A program made the position numbers and the translations under genes. Shown here piece by piece: positions 39,447 through 48,321 of a stretch of 64,000 nucleotides of DNA. The notes below the pieces were generated by a model. The model was not told the origin of the DNA, did not search any database, and saw only the letters and a program-made list of their open reading frames with translations. This DNA is from Myxococcota bacterium (GTDB lineage: Bacteria; Myxococcota_A; UBA796; UBA2385), in the NCBI GenBank assembly GCA_044344255.1, contig JBIJDH010000001.1, positions 128,001 through 192,000 on the forward strand, in the 5' to 3' direction. Every line of letters starts with the position of its first letter. Positions within the stretch are counted from its first letter, which is position 1.

Positions 39447-41240
39447 CTAAACCAGGTAGTCTGCGAGCTGCCCCTCGGGGCGGTCTCCCGGCAGCGGCTC
39501 GACCCGCCCGGCCGAGGCCAGCCAGGCCCGCGCCGCGCGCACAGCCTCCACCGTGCTCGAGCCCCTTCGGTCGCGCTCATCGAAGAGCTGGTCGGGCTCG
39601 AGGTGTTCGAGGAGGCCGGTCCGCCGGAGCCCTTCGCGGAGGTCGGGGCGCAGGCCGCTCAAGAGCACCCGGCAGCCGCCCCGCTGCGCCTTCCGAATGA
39701 AGCCCTGCAGCTCGTCGAGCCCGACCGCGTCCGGGTTTCGGATGCGCTTGACGCGGAGCACGACGACCCGAGCCGCCTCCGCACGCTCGAGCATGTAGTC
39801 GAAGTGCTCTTCGAACGCCATCGTAGACCCAAAGAACAGCTCTCCTTCAAGGCCGAAGATCAGGAGATCGGTGTCTACTCCCTCCTCATCCCGGCGCTCG
39901 CGGACCACGCCGTCGCGGTCGACCACAAACTCGGTGCGGGTCATCCGGCCGGCCCGCGGGACGGCGAGCAGGAAGGAGAGGGTCATGCCGATGAGGATGC
40001 AGAACTCGACCGAGATGAAGACCGCGGCCGAGGCGGTGGCGATCACGATGGCGGCGTCAAAGTGGGTGGCGCGGACATGGTAGCGGAGGGCCCCCCAATC
40101 GACCATCCGAAAGGCAGAGACGAGCAGCATGCCGGCCAGGGCCGAGCGAGGGATGAAGCGGGCCCAGGGCGCAAAGAGGAGCACGATGATCGCCACGGCG
40201 ACCGCCGAGATCACCCCCGACCACTGCGAGACCGCGCCCGCCTGCTGGTTGATCGCCGAGCGCGTGAGCGAGCCGGAGCCCGGGATGCACTGGAAGAAGC
40301 TCCCCGTGACGTTGGCGAGCCCCTCCGACAGGCACTGCTGGTTGAGATCGAGCTTCTGCCCGGTCTGCGCCGCGATGGCCTTGGCCATGGCGATCGCCTC
40401 GAGCAGGCCGAGCAGCGCGATGGCGAGCGCGCTCGTCGAGAGCTCCCGCACCCAGGCCATGGTGACCGGGGGCAGGGAGGGGGTGGGGAGGCGGGCGGGG
40501 ATCTCTCCCACCACCTTCACGCCCAGGGCCTCGAGCCCGAGCGCGGCGCTGAGGGCGGCCATGATGGAGATGGTGAGCAGGAAGTCGGGGAAGAGGGTCC
40601 AGCCGAACCGACGCTTGATCGCCCGCAGCGCCAGCAGGAGCGCCACCGTGGACGCGCCCACAGCCAGCGTGGGGAGGTGGGGCGCGCCGCCCTCTGTCCA
40701 GGTGTGCCAGAGGCGGACGACGAAGTGGTCGTGGATGTCTCCTCGGGCCGACCACCCGGCCAGGTTCTTCACCTGATCGAGCACGAGCAGCATCCCCGCG
40801 CCGGCCGTGAAGCCGACGATCACCGAGTGGGAGATGTAGCGAGTGAGGTCGCCGAGCCGCAGCAGGGTGATGAGCGTCTGAAAGGCCCCGACCAGCAGCG
40901 CGAGGGTGACCGCGCCCGCCAGCTTGTCCTCCACAGGCACCAAGGCGAGGGCCGAGAGCGTGGCGATCGAGATCGCGTTCGTCGGCCCGTTGATCAGCTG
41001 CCGCGAAGAGTCGAGCAGGGCGCCCACCGCCGTCATGATGATGGCGGTGTAGAGGCCATGCTCGACCGGGACGCCGGCCACCAGCGCGTAGGCCATGGCC
41101 TGCGGCACCGCGATCGCGGCGACGGTGAGGCCGGCCACGAGATCGGCCCGCGCGTCCGCGGCCCGGTAATGCCGAAGCGCCTCCAGCGCCGGGATGCGGC
41201 GAAAGAGCAGAGACGGCCGGTTGACAGTGCGGGTGGTCAA
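39447..41240 (-). CDS. SulP-family anion transporter with STAS domain
   Basis: DLVAGLTVAAIAVPQAMAYA, GPT, SGSLTRSAIN, EGELFFG; TTG start at 41240 is proposed. Confidence 0.92.
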   Translation of the reverse strand: MTTRTVNRPSLLFRRIPALEALRHYRAADARADLVAGLTVAAIAVPQAMAYALVAGVPVEHGLYTAIIMTAVGALLDSSRQLINGPTNAISIATLSALALVPVEDKLAGAVTLALLVGAFQTLITLLRLGDLTRYISHSVIVGFTAGAGMLLVLDQVKNLAGWSARGDIHDHFVVRLWHTWTEGGAPHLPTLAVGASTVALLLALRAIKRRFGWTLFPDFLLTISIMAALSAALGLEALGVKVVGEIPARLPTPSLPPVTMAWVRELSTSALAIALLGLLEAIAMAKAIAAQTGQKLDLNQQCLSEGLANVTGSFFQCIPGSGSLTRSAINQQAGAVSQWSGVISAVAVAIIVLLFAPWARFIPRSALAGMLLVSAFRMVDWGALRYHVRATHFDAAIVIATASAAVFISVEFCILIGMTLSFLLAVPRAGRMTRTEFVVDRDGVVRERRDEEGVDTDLLIFGLEGELFFGSTMAFEEHFDYMLERAEAARVVVLRVKRIRNPDAVGLDELQGFIRKAQRGGCRVLLSGLRPDLREGLRRTGLLEHLEPDQLFDERDRRGSSTVEAVRAARAWLASAGRVEPLPGDRPEGQLADYLV

Positions 41241-41466
41241 GGGGGACCTGCGAGACAGAGGCCCGGGAGCATAGCGGATCCGCGACGGATTATCCCTCGT
41301 CACGGGATTGCCCGGACGGACCCCCCGCACCCCGCCCCGAGGTAGACTGCCCCCCTTCGATCGGGTCCCGCCCCTCGACCGACGGGGCCCCTCCCATGAC
41401 ACGACACCCACCCGACCCTCGCGCCCTGCGGCTCGTCCCGGCCGCCGCGCGCCCCGGCCCCCGCCG

Positions 41467-41970
41467 ATGATGCCGCTCGCCGAGCGCCTTCGTCACCTCT
41501 CGGAGGCCCAGGTCGTGGCGGTGTCCGCCTGCCTGCTCGGCGAGCCAGTCCGCTACGACGGTCGCCTGAAGGGAGACCCCCGCATCCTCGCCGCGCTCCA
41601 GGGCAAGGAGCTCCGCCCGCTCTGCCCCGAGGTGATGGGCGGCCTGCCCGTGCCCCGCCCGGCCATCGAGCTGCGCGGCGGAGATGGCGGCTCCGTGCTC
41701 GACGCCGACGCCCGCGCGATCGAGCTGCTCTCCGGCCATGATCAGACCGCGGCGATGGTGCGCGGGGCGATGGCCGCGCGGCGCGCCGCCGGCGAGGCCA
41801 CCGTCGCGATCTTGAAGGCCCGCAGCCCCTCCTGCGGGGTCGGGATGACCGCCATCGACGGCCGCGTCCAGCCCGGAGACGGCGTCACCGCGGCCCTGCT
41901 CGCCCGCGCCGGCCTCGTCCTCCTCACCGACGAGGAGCTCATCGCCTCGCTCTACCCTCCCGAAGGATGA
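41467..41970 (+). CDS. DUF523 / 2-thiouracil desulfidase (TudS)-like protein
   Basis: VSACLLG..VRYDG, CPEV.GGL..PR, LKARSPSCG, GDGVTAALL. Confidence 0.88.
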   Translation: MMPLAERLRHLSEAQVVAVSACLLGEPVRYDGRLKGDPRILAALQGKELRPLCPEVMGGLPVPRPAIELRGGDGGSVLDADARAIELLSGHDQTAAMVRGAMAARRAAGEATVAILKARSPSCGVGMTAIDGRVQPGDGVTAALLARAGLVLLTDEELIASLYPPEG

Positions 41971-41975
41971 CCCCC

Positions 41976-42398
41976 ATGCCCGAGAAGGTCCAGAAGACCG
42001 AGGCCGAATGGCAGGCCGCCCTCAGCTCGATGCAGTTCGCCGTGCTCCGCCGCGCCGCCACCGAGCGCCCCTTCACCGGGCCCTGGCTCGACGAGGCGCG
42101 GCCCGGGCTCTACCGCTGCGCCGGCTGCGCGACCCCGCTCTTCCGGGCAGAGACCAAGTTCCACTCCGGCTGCGGCTGGCCGAGCTTCTTCGATGACCTG
42201 CGCGCCGGCGGGATCGTCATCCACCTTGACCGCAGTCATGGGATGGTCCGCGAAGAGATCTGCTGCGCCGCCTGCGACGGCCACCTCGGGCATGTGTTCA
42301 ATGACGGCCCCAAGCCCACCGGGCGCAGATACTGCGTAAACGGGGCCGCCCTCACCTTCCTCCCCGACCCACCCTCGTTCATCCCCGACCCACCCTAG
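41976..42398 (+). CDS. msrB: Peptide-methionine (R)-S-oxide reductase
   Basis: TERPFTG, KFHSGCGWPSF, HLGHVFNDGP, RYCVN; two CxxC zinc pairs. Confidence 0.95.
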   Translation: MPEKVQKTEAEWQAALSSMQFAVLRRAATERPFTGPWLDEARPGLYRCAGCATPLFRAETKFHSGCGWPSFFDDLRAGGIVIHLDRSHGMVREEICCAACDGHLGHVFNDGPKPTGRRYCVNGAALTFLPDPPSFIPDPP

Positions 42399-42406
42399 GC
42401 AGCCCG

Positions 42407-44713
42407 GTGAACAGCCTGCTGATCAGCCTCCTCCTCGCCTGCCGGTCGGGCCCTTCGGGCGAGGCGCCGGGAGCCCGCCCCTCCGACGGTGACACCGCCC
42501 TCCGCCCGACCGACGCCCCCGTCGAGGCCCTCCCGAGCGCCTGCGAGGTCGCCGGCTGGCCCTCCCTCCGCCTCAATGAGCTCGTGGCCGCCAACCTCGA
42601 GGGCATCGCCGACGAAGACGGTGACCGCCCCGACTGGCTCGAGCTCTGGAACCCGAGCGAGACCCCGGTCGAGCTCACCGGCTGGGCGCTCGAGCCCGAG
42701 GGCGGCGAGCCTTGGCCCCTCCCCTCCCCTTCGCTCGGGGCGGGCGCGCACTGGCTGATCTTCGCATCCGGCAAGGATCGCCCCGGCGACCCCACGGCCG
42801 GCCTCGCCCCCCACAGCCCCTTCAAGCTGCCCGCCGAGTCCGCCGGCCTCCGCCTGCTCGCGCCCGACGGCTGCGCGATCGACTCGGCCCGGCCCGAGCG
42901 GCTGTACGGCGACGTCTCCTTCGGGCACCCGCTCTCCGACGACACCGAGTGGGCCTACTTCCTCGAGCCCACCCCCGGCGCGCCGAACGAGACGGAGTCC
43001 CGCCCGGGCTTCGCCGCTCCGCCGAGCTTGAGCCCCGGCGGGGGCGCCTACGCCGCCGGCCTGACCGTGGAGGCCACGAGCGTCGAGGCCGAGGCCACCC
43101 TCCGCTACACCCTCCAGGGCGACGAGCCCGACGAGGGGGCCCCCGAGGCCGCGGGCCCGATCCCCATCGACGCCGCCTCCCGCCCCATCCCCCTCCGCGT
43201 CCGCGCCTTTGTCCCCGGCCTCTGGCCGAGCCGCATCACCACGGCCACCTATACCCAGGGGTCGGCGCACCTCGCCGCGGGGATGAAGGCGGTCTTCCTC
43301 ACCTCGGACCCCGAGGGCCTCTTCAGCGACGAGACGGGGATCTACGCCTTCGGCGACAGCTACGAGCCCGACTACCCCTACTTCGGCGCCAATTTCTGGG
43401 AGGATTGGGAGCGGCCGGTGCACGTCGAGATCTGGGAGCCCGACGGCGAGAAGAGCCTCGACGCCGAGGCCGGCATCTCCATCCACGGCGGATACACCCG
43501 CGCCTTCGACCAGAAGAGCCTCCGCCTCTATGCGCGCTCCGCCTACGGTGAGGACAGCTTCGACGGCGACTTCTTCCCCCGCGAGGGCGAGCGGCGATAC
43601 GGCTCGCTGGTGCTCCAGATCGGGATGGACTGGTGCTCCACCCACATCATCGAGCCCTTCGCCGACGAGCTCTTCCGCGACGCTCGGGGCGCGCGCCTCG
43701 ACAGCATCGACATCGCGGCCTGGGAGCCCACCCAGGTGTGGATCAACGGCCACTACTGGGGCTACTACAACCTCCGCGAGCGGATGGACCCCGACTACAT
43801 CGAGAACCACCACGGGCTCGATCCGGAGGCCCTCGATCGCATGGAGCTCGGCTGGACCTCGGCGCCCCACTGGCAGCTCGAACAAGGCGACTGGGAGGCC
43901 TTCGACACGCTCAACGCCTACGTCCTCGCCCATGACCTCTCCGACCCCGCCGCCTACACCACCTTCACGACGATGGTCGACGCCGAGAACCTCGCCACCA
44001 CCGTGCTCGCGGAGGCCTACATGGGCAACACGGACTGGTGGTGGAACAACCTCCGCCTGTGGCGCCCCCACACGGTCGAGGGCCGGTTTCGCTGGTTCGT
44101 CTATGATCTCGGCCACGGCTGGGTGAGCCCCGGCTTCGACCAGCTCGGCACGAGCGTCACCTGGACCGGGGACGGCCTGCCCATCTCCGCCCCCCTGGCG
44201 AATGACCGCTTCCGCGACGAGCTGGCCAACCAGGCGGCCGATCTCCTCTCGACCAGCGCCGACAGCGCCGAGGCGGTGCGCCGTTTCGACGCCCTCGCCG
44301 CGCGGGTGGCCCCCGCGATGTCCGCTCAGCTCGACCGCTGGTGCGGCGGGGCCCCCCTCTCCGCCTGGGAGGCCAACCGAGACTATGCCCGCGGCTTCGT
44401 GTCGGCCCGCGGCCCCGTCCTCCGAGAGCAGGTGCGCAACCACCTCGCCCTCAGCGGCGACGTGACCCTCAGCCTCGCCACGAACGAGCCCGACGCCGCC
44501 ACCTTTGACCTCTCGCTGGTCGAGGTCGAGGCCCCCTACTCCGGGCTCCGCTATCGGGGCGTACCGCTCACGGTGACCGCCCTGCCCGCCGAGGGCTGGG
44601 TCTTCACCGGCTGGTCCGACGCCTCCCTCGGCGACACGCCCACGGTCACCCTCCCCCTCGGCGCGAACACCACGCTCACCGCGCTCTTGAGCCCGGCCCG
44701 CGGCGAGGAGTGA
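42407..44713 (+). CDS. CotH-kinase family lipoprotein with lamin-tail and chitobiase/FN3-like domains
   Basis: Lipobox LLAC; NELVAAN..DEDGDRPDWLELWN; WERPVHVE; QKSLRLY; YWGYYNLRE; NTDW..NN; YDL. Confidence 0.85.
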   Translation: MNSLLISLLLACRSGPSGEAPGARPSDGDTALRPTDAPVEALPSACEVAGWPSLRLNELVAANLEGIADEDGDRPDWLELWNPSETPVELTGWALEPEGGEPWPLPSPSLGAGAHWLIFASGKDRPGDPTAGLAPHSPFKLPAESAGLRLLAPDGCAIDSARPERLYGDVSFGHPLSDDTEWAYFLEPTPGAPNETESRPGFAAPPSLSPGGGAYAAGLTVEATSVEAEATLRYTLQGDEPDEGAPEAAGPIPIDAASRPIPLRVRAFVPGLWPSRITTATYTQGSAHLAAGMKAVFLTSDPEGLFSDETGIYAFGDSYEPDYPYFGANFWEDWERPVHVEIWEPDGEKSLDAEAGISIHGGYTRAFDQKSLRLYARSAYGEDSFDGDFFPREGERRYGSLVLQIGMDWCSTHIIEPFADELFRDARGARLDSIDIAAWEPTQVWINGHYWGYYNLRERMDPDYIENHHGLDPEALDRMELGWTSAPHWQLEQGDWEAFDTLNAYVLAHDLSDPAAYTTFTTMVDAENLATTVLAEAYMGNTDWWWNNLRLWRPHTVEGRFRWFVYDLGHGWVSPGFDQLGTSVTWTGDGLPISAPLANDRFRDELANQAADLLSTSADSAEAVRRFDALAARVAPAMSAQLDRWCGGAPLSAWEANRDYARGFVSARGPVLREQVRNHLALSGDVTLSLATNEPDAATFDLSLVEVEAPYSGLRYRGVPLTVTALPAEGWVFTGWSDASLGDTPTVTLPLGANTTLTALLSPARGEE

Positions 44714-46199
44714 CCGACGCCCTTGGGCGGCGACGACCGAGGGCCACGGTGAGGGACAGGCCGAGGGACAGGCCGAAGGAGAAGAGGCCCGCCCCGACCG
44801 GGGACGCGCTCGCGCAGCCGCAGCCGCCCTTCCCCTCTCCCTGCCCGTCGGCAGCGGCCCCGCCGTCGCCGCTGTCGGCGTCCGTGTCGGCGTCCGTGTC
44901 GGCGTCCGTGTCGGCGTCCGTGTCGGCGTCCGTGTCGGCGTCCCCCTCGCCCGACGCAGAGGGGTGGACGACGGTGGTGTCACAGGGGGTGTCGGTCGTG
45001 TACTCGAGCGCGCCGCCGTCGGGCGCGTCGTCGCGAGGGGCGCCGCAGAAGTCGAGGTCGAGCCCGGCGATAGGGGAGAGGGCGTCCTTTAAGCCGGGGT
45101 CATGGAGGAGGGTGAAGTCGAGGGCCTCCGGCGCCACATAAACATCGACGAGGTCGAGGCCGGCCCAGTTCATGCCAAGGGCGGCGGTGCCACCGTCCCG
45201 CTCCCGAATGGCCCCGTCGAGGACATTTCCTTCGACCGAGACCGTGCTCGCCGGGTAGCGCACGTCCACGCCGCTCGTGTCATAGAGGATGTTGGCGGTG
45301 ACCGCGGAGTCTGCGGCCTCGTTGAGATAGACGCCGACGTCATTACAGCCGGCGATGATGTTGTTTTGGATGCGGCCCCGCTGGTGCTCGGGGCTGCAGG
45401 TGCCGTCTTCGCAGATGCTGTCGGGGCTGGTGCCGCCGCCGCCGAGGGAGAGGCCCACCCGCACGCCGCCAGAGAAGGCGTCCGCGCAGAGGACGAGGTT
45501 CCGCTCGAAGAGGCCGTCCTTGGAGTTGCCCTTGAAGAAGGCGGCGTAGCTCACCGTGTCACCCTCCCCCTTCTCGAAGTCGGCGATGCGGTTGGCCACC
45601 ACCCGCCAGCGCTGCCCGCCCACGACGTCGATCTTGGTCACCGGGTTGGAGGTCATCCGCGGACGGGTGTCGTGTATGTCATTGCCCTCGATCACCACGT
45701 CATCGGGCCAGGCATAGGCCCCGTCGATCTCCTCTCCGTTCCCCTTGATCTGGGCGTTGAAGTCAATCAGGCTACAGTCCCGCACCTCGGTGCCCTCGGC
45801 GGCGCCGACGATGTGGAGCGCGTGCTCACAGTCGCTGTCCTCCGCGCAGACCCCCTCCATGCGGACGTCGGTGATGTGCCAGTAGGGCGCCCGCACCTTG
45901 ATCGCCTCCACCGTGTCCGACTGGAGGGTGGCGCCATCGCCGTCGAGGGTGATCGGGGCCTCGGCGCTGCCGACCGCGTCGAGCAGCAGGCTGCTCTCGA
46001 GGAGGTACGTCCCCGGCGAGAGCCGGACGGTGTCCCCGGGGGCGGCCGCCGCGACGGCGGCGCGGAGGGCCTCCACATCTCCGACGAGGAGCTCGGCGGC
46101 CTCGGCCTCGGAGAGGCCGACGGACAGCCCGACGGACAGCCCGACGGACAAGAGGAGCGCGAGGAGTCCGGAGCGTGGGCGGGTAGATCGGGGCTGCAT
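44676..46199 (-). CDS. Secreted right-handed beta-helix (pectin-lyase/chondroitinase B-like) protein with TDAD linker and MYXO-CTERM-type tail
   Basis: Signal peptide; AAPGDTVRLSPGTY; repeated I..N motifs; C-terminal GGCGCAS, hydrophobic stretch, then RRR. Confidence 0.8.
   Translation of the reverse strand: MQPRSTRPRSGLLALLLSVGLSVGLSVGLSEAEAAELLVGDVEALRAAVAAAAPGDTVRLSPGTYLLESSLLLDAVGSAEAPITLDGDGATLQSDTVEAIKVRAPYWHITDVRMEGVCAEDSDCEHALHIVGAAEGTEVRDCSLIDFNAQIKGNGEEIDGAYAWPDDVVIEGNDIHDTRPRMTSNPVTKIDVVGGQRWRVVANRIADFEKGEGDTVSYAAFFKGNSKDGLFERNLVLCADAFSGGVRVGLSLGGGGTSPDSICEDGTCSPEHQRGRIQNNIIAGCNDVGVYLNEAADSAVTANILYDTSGVDVRYPASTVSVEGNVLDGAIRERDGGTAALGMNWAGLDLVDVYVAPEALDFTLLHDPGLKDALSPIAGLDLDFCGAPRDDAPDGGALEYTTDTPCDTTVVHPSASGEGDADTDADTDADTDADTDADTDADSGDGGAAADGQGEGKGGCGCASASPVGAGLFSFGLSLGLSLTVALGRRRPRASVTPRRGPGSRAR
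44873..44943 (-). repeat. 12-bp perfect tandem repeat (TGTCGGCGTCCG, about 6 copies) encoding (DADT)n
   Basis: Directly visible in the sequence. Confidence 0.95.
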
Positions 46200-46292
46200 G
46201 GCCCCATCATGCCAGATGCGGATGTCCGGTGAGCTGATCCCGCTCAGCTCCGGCCCGCCCGCGCGGCGGTGGGGCCGCGCTACCCTGACCTC

Positions 46293-46877
46293 ATGACTCG
46301 CCGGGCCCTCCAGTCCACGCCTCGTGGCCTCTCCACTCCACCGCTCCGCCGGCGCCGCGGGGGGGCCGCCTCGATGGGGGGCGCCCTGCTCGCCCTCGCC
46401 TGCGGGGCGCCCGGGGAGGACGAGCCGTCGGTCACCCCCGAGGACAGCGGAGAGGCCGCTCCCCTCATCCTCCCCACCCACAATGAGTGTCGCCCGGAGC
46501 CCATCTCCGAGGAGATCTGTCGCGCGGTCATCGAGGAGGACGGCAAGCAGCCCACGGTGAGCGAGCACAAGAGCGGGATCGGCCCCGACCCCCACGACCC
46601 TCGCGCCGAAGACCCGGAGCTCCTCTGGCTCCACGGGGAGATCCAGCGCTGCGCCTGCGCCTGCTGCCACACCCGCTCCTGGGGTGGGCCCGGGGTCTAT
46701 CACTGGGATCTCGAGTGGTCCCCCGTCTGGATCGACAGCGCCTCGAGCTGGACCCTCGGCGTCCTCCGCGGCGACACCGAGAACCCCGACCGCACCTTTC
46801 TCTTCGAAGACCGCGAGAGAGTGGATGCGATCCTCACCGCCGAGATCGACCGCCGGCGCGACGAAGACGCTCCCTGA
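46293..46877 (+). CDS. Hypothetical lipoprotein with a CACACCH motif (contains CxxCH)
   Basis: Lipobox ALAC; QRCACACCHT; TACCCT -10 box 6 nt before ATG 46293 (alternative ATG at 46374). Confidence 0.7.
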   Translation: MTRRALQSTPRGLSTPPLRRRRGGAASMGGALLALACGAPGEDEPSVTPEDSGEAAPLILPTHNECRPEPISEEICRAVIEEDGKQPTVSEHKSGIGPDPHDPRAEDPELLWLHGEIQRCACACCHTRSWGGPGVYHWDLEWSPVWIDSASSWTLGVLRGDTENPDRTFLFEDRERVDAILTAEIDRRRDEDAP

Positions 46878-46883
46878 GTCGGC

Positions 46884-48254
46884 CTATCGAGCGCCGCAGG
46901 CCCCCATCGCCGCAGGGCCGAGGTCCGGGCGCGGAGCGGCCCCGCGGAGACCATCGACGAGCACCTGAACCGCAGGGATCGGCCCCTCGGCCGACGCGGC
47001 CCAGAGGCCCTGATCGCGGAAGTGCTGCCAGGCGGCCGCGAGGCTGAGCGCGGGGTCGGTCCGATCGGCCTCGGGGAGCCGCGACACCGCCTCGGCGTAC
47101 TCCCGCTGGAGCGCGGCCGGCGAGAGCCCCTCGGTGGGCGCGGGGCCAGCGGGACAGAAGAGGGCCGTGAATTCGGCCCGGTAGGCGTCGGGGTCACGCT
47201 GATAGAGCATCCCCATGGCCAGGACGGCGAGCAGCGGGTCCTCCCCCTGTCGGATCGCGAGGAGGAAGCGCGTATCACCCGGGACGAACTTCTCCTGTAA
47301 GATCCGCCGTAGCTGCACCTTTTGGGGTAGGGTCGGATAGGGCGGCGGGGCGGCGACGAGCGGGCTCGTCGCGATGACCTCCGCGCAGAAGGCCGGCGGG
47401 CGGTCCCGCTCCCCCACCCAGGAGCACTGGGCATAGACGCTGCCCTCGGCGTCCGAGACCAGCGCCCCGAGCACGGCGGTGGTGTCCCGGCCGCTCGTGT
47501 TGAGGTTCTGCACGTGCATACAGAGCCCCTTTCGCCCGAAGACGGTGCAGGAGACCTCGGTGGTGCTGGAGCGCAGGCCGAGGGGCTCGAGCTGATCTCG
47601 GTAGCCCTGCAACATCTGCGCGCGGGGATCGACGGGCGGCAGCTCGAGGTCCTCACGGAGGTTGAGGAGGTCGAGGCCGCAGCGCACGCTCCTGTCTCCA
47701 GGCGTGGGCGCGGTGACGATACAGCCGGTGGGCACGGTGAGGCGCTCCCCCACGAAGCGCGGGCGGGGAGCGCCCCCGTCGCGGAGCTCGGGGAGCCCCC
47801 CCTCGCTCAAGGCCTGAAAGAGCGCCGCCGCGCGCGCGCCTGCGTCGTCGGGCCCCTCCGCGCCCCCCTCCGCCCCGCCGACCGGGCCGCAGCCGACCAC
47901 CCGCCCGCGGCCCCCGGCGCCGGGCTCGCGCTGCACCCGGAGGAGCTGTCCGCCCGGCTCCTGGAAGGCCCCGTCGGGGCGCTGGGGGGCGCGGTCGGCG
48001 TCAAAGCGGCGGCCCGTGACGTCGAAGAGGAGCTCGGCGTCGGGCACGCCGACCGCATCGACGAAGGCCTCGGAGGCACACTCGACCCCCGGGCACCGAA
48101 GCACCACGCCCAAGGGTGTCGGCTGGGCGCTGCAGTCCGCCCACAGACCCCGCCCGATGCGGGCCGGCGCCGCCTCCGCCGCGCCGCCGATCCCGATCAG
48201 CAGGGCCCCGCCCACCCAGGGGCCCCAGCCCCGGCCTCCGCCTGACGCGCCCAT
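46884..48254 (-). CDS. Secreted Cys-rich hypothetical protein
   Basis: Signal-like N-terminus (ALLIGIGGAAEA); several Cys pairs; fills the gap between genes. Confidence 0.6.
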   Translation of the reverse strand: MGASGGGRGWGPWVGGALLIGIGGAAEAAPARIGRGLWADCSAQPTPLGVVLRCPGVECASEAFVDAVGVPDAELLFDVTGRRFDADRAPQRPDGAFQEPGGQLLRVQREPGAGGRGRVVGCGPVGGAEGGAEGPDDAGARAAALFQALSEGGLPELRDGGAPRPRFVGERLTVPTGCIVTAPTPGDRSVRCGLDLLNLREDLELPPVDPRAQMLQGYRDQLEPLGLRSSTTEVSCTVFGRKGLCMHVQNLNTSGRDTTAVLGALVSDAEGSVYAQCSWVGERDRPPAFCAEVIATSPLVAAPPPYPTLPQKVQLRRILQEKFVPGDTRFLLAIRQGEDPLLAVLAMGMLYQRDPDAYRAEFTALFCPAGPAPTEGLSPAALQREYAEAVSRLPEADRTDPALSLAAAWQHFRDQGLWAASAEGPIPAVQVLVDGLRGAAPRPDLGPAAMGACGAR

Positions 48255-48321
48255 TCACGGCCCCCTCGCTCGAGTCCGCCGCTCCTCTCCCGCCGCGGCG
48301 ACGCCGTCAAGGTCTACCCGT

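Noticed and set aside
41280..41460. tRNA or riboswitch in the sulP-DUF523 intergenic region
   Set aside because: The region is GC-rich but shows no cloverleaf, T-loop/CCA arrangement or aptamer consensus that I can recognise.
41976..42398. Selenoprotein MsrB
   Set aside because: The catalytic residue is an ordinary Cys (RYCVN) and there is no in-frame TGA.
44676..44713. Convergent 3' overlap of the CotH and beta-helix genes as antisense regulation
   Set aside because: A 38-bp tail overlap is common in stop-poor high-GC genomes.
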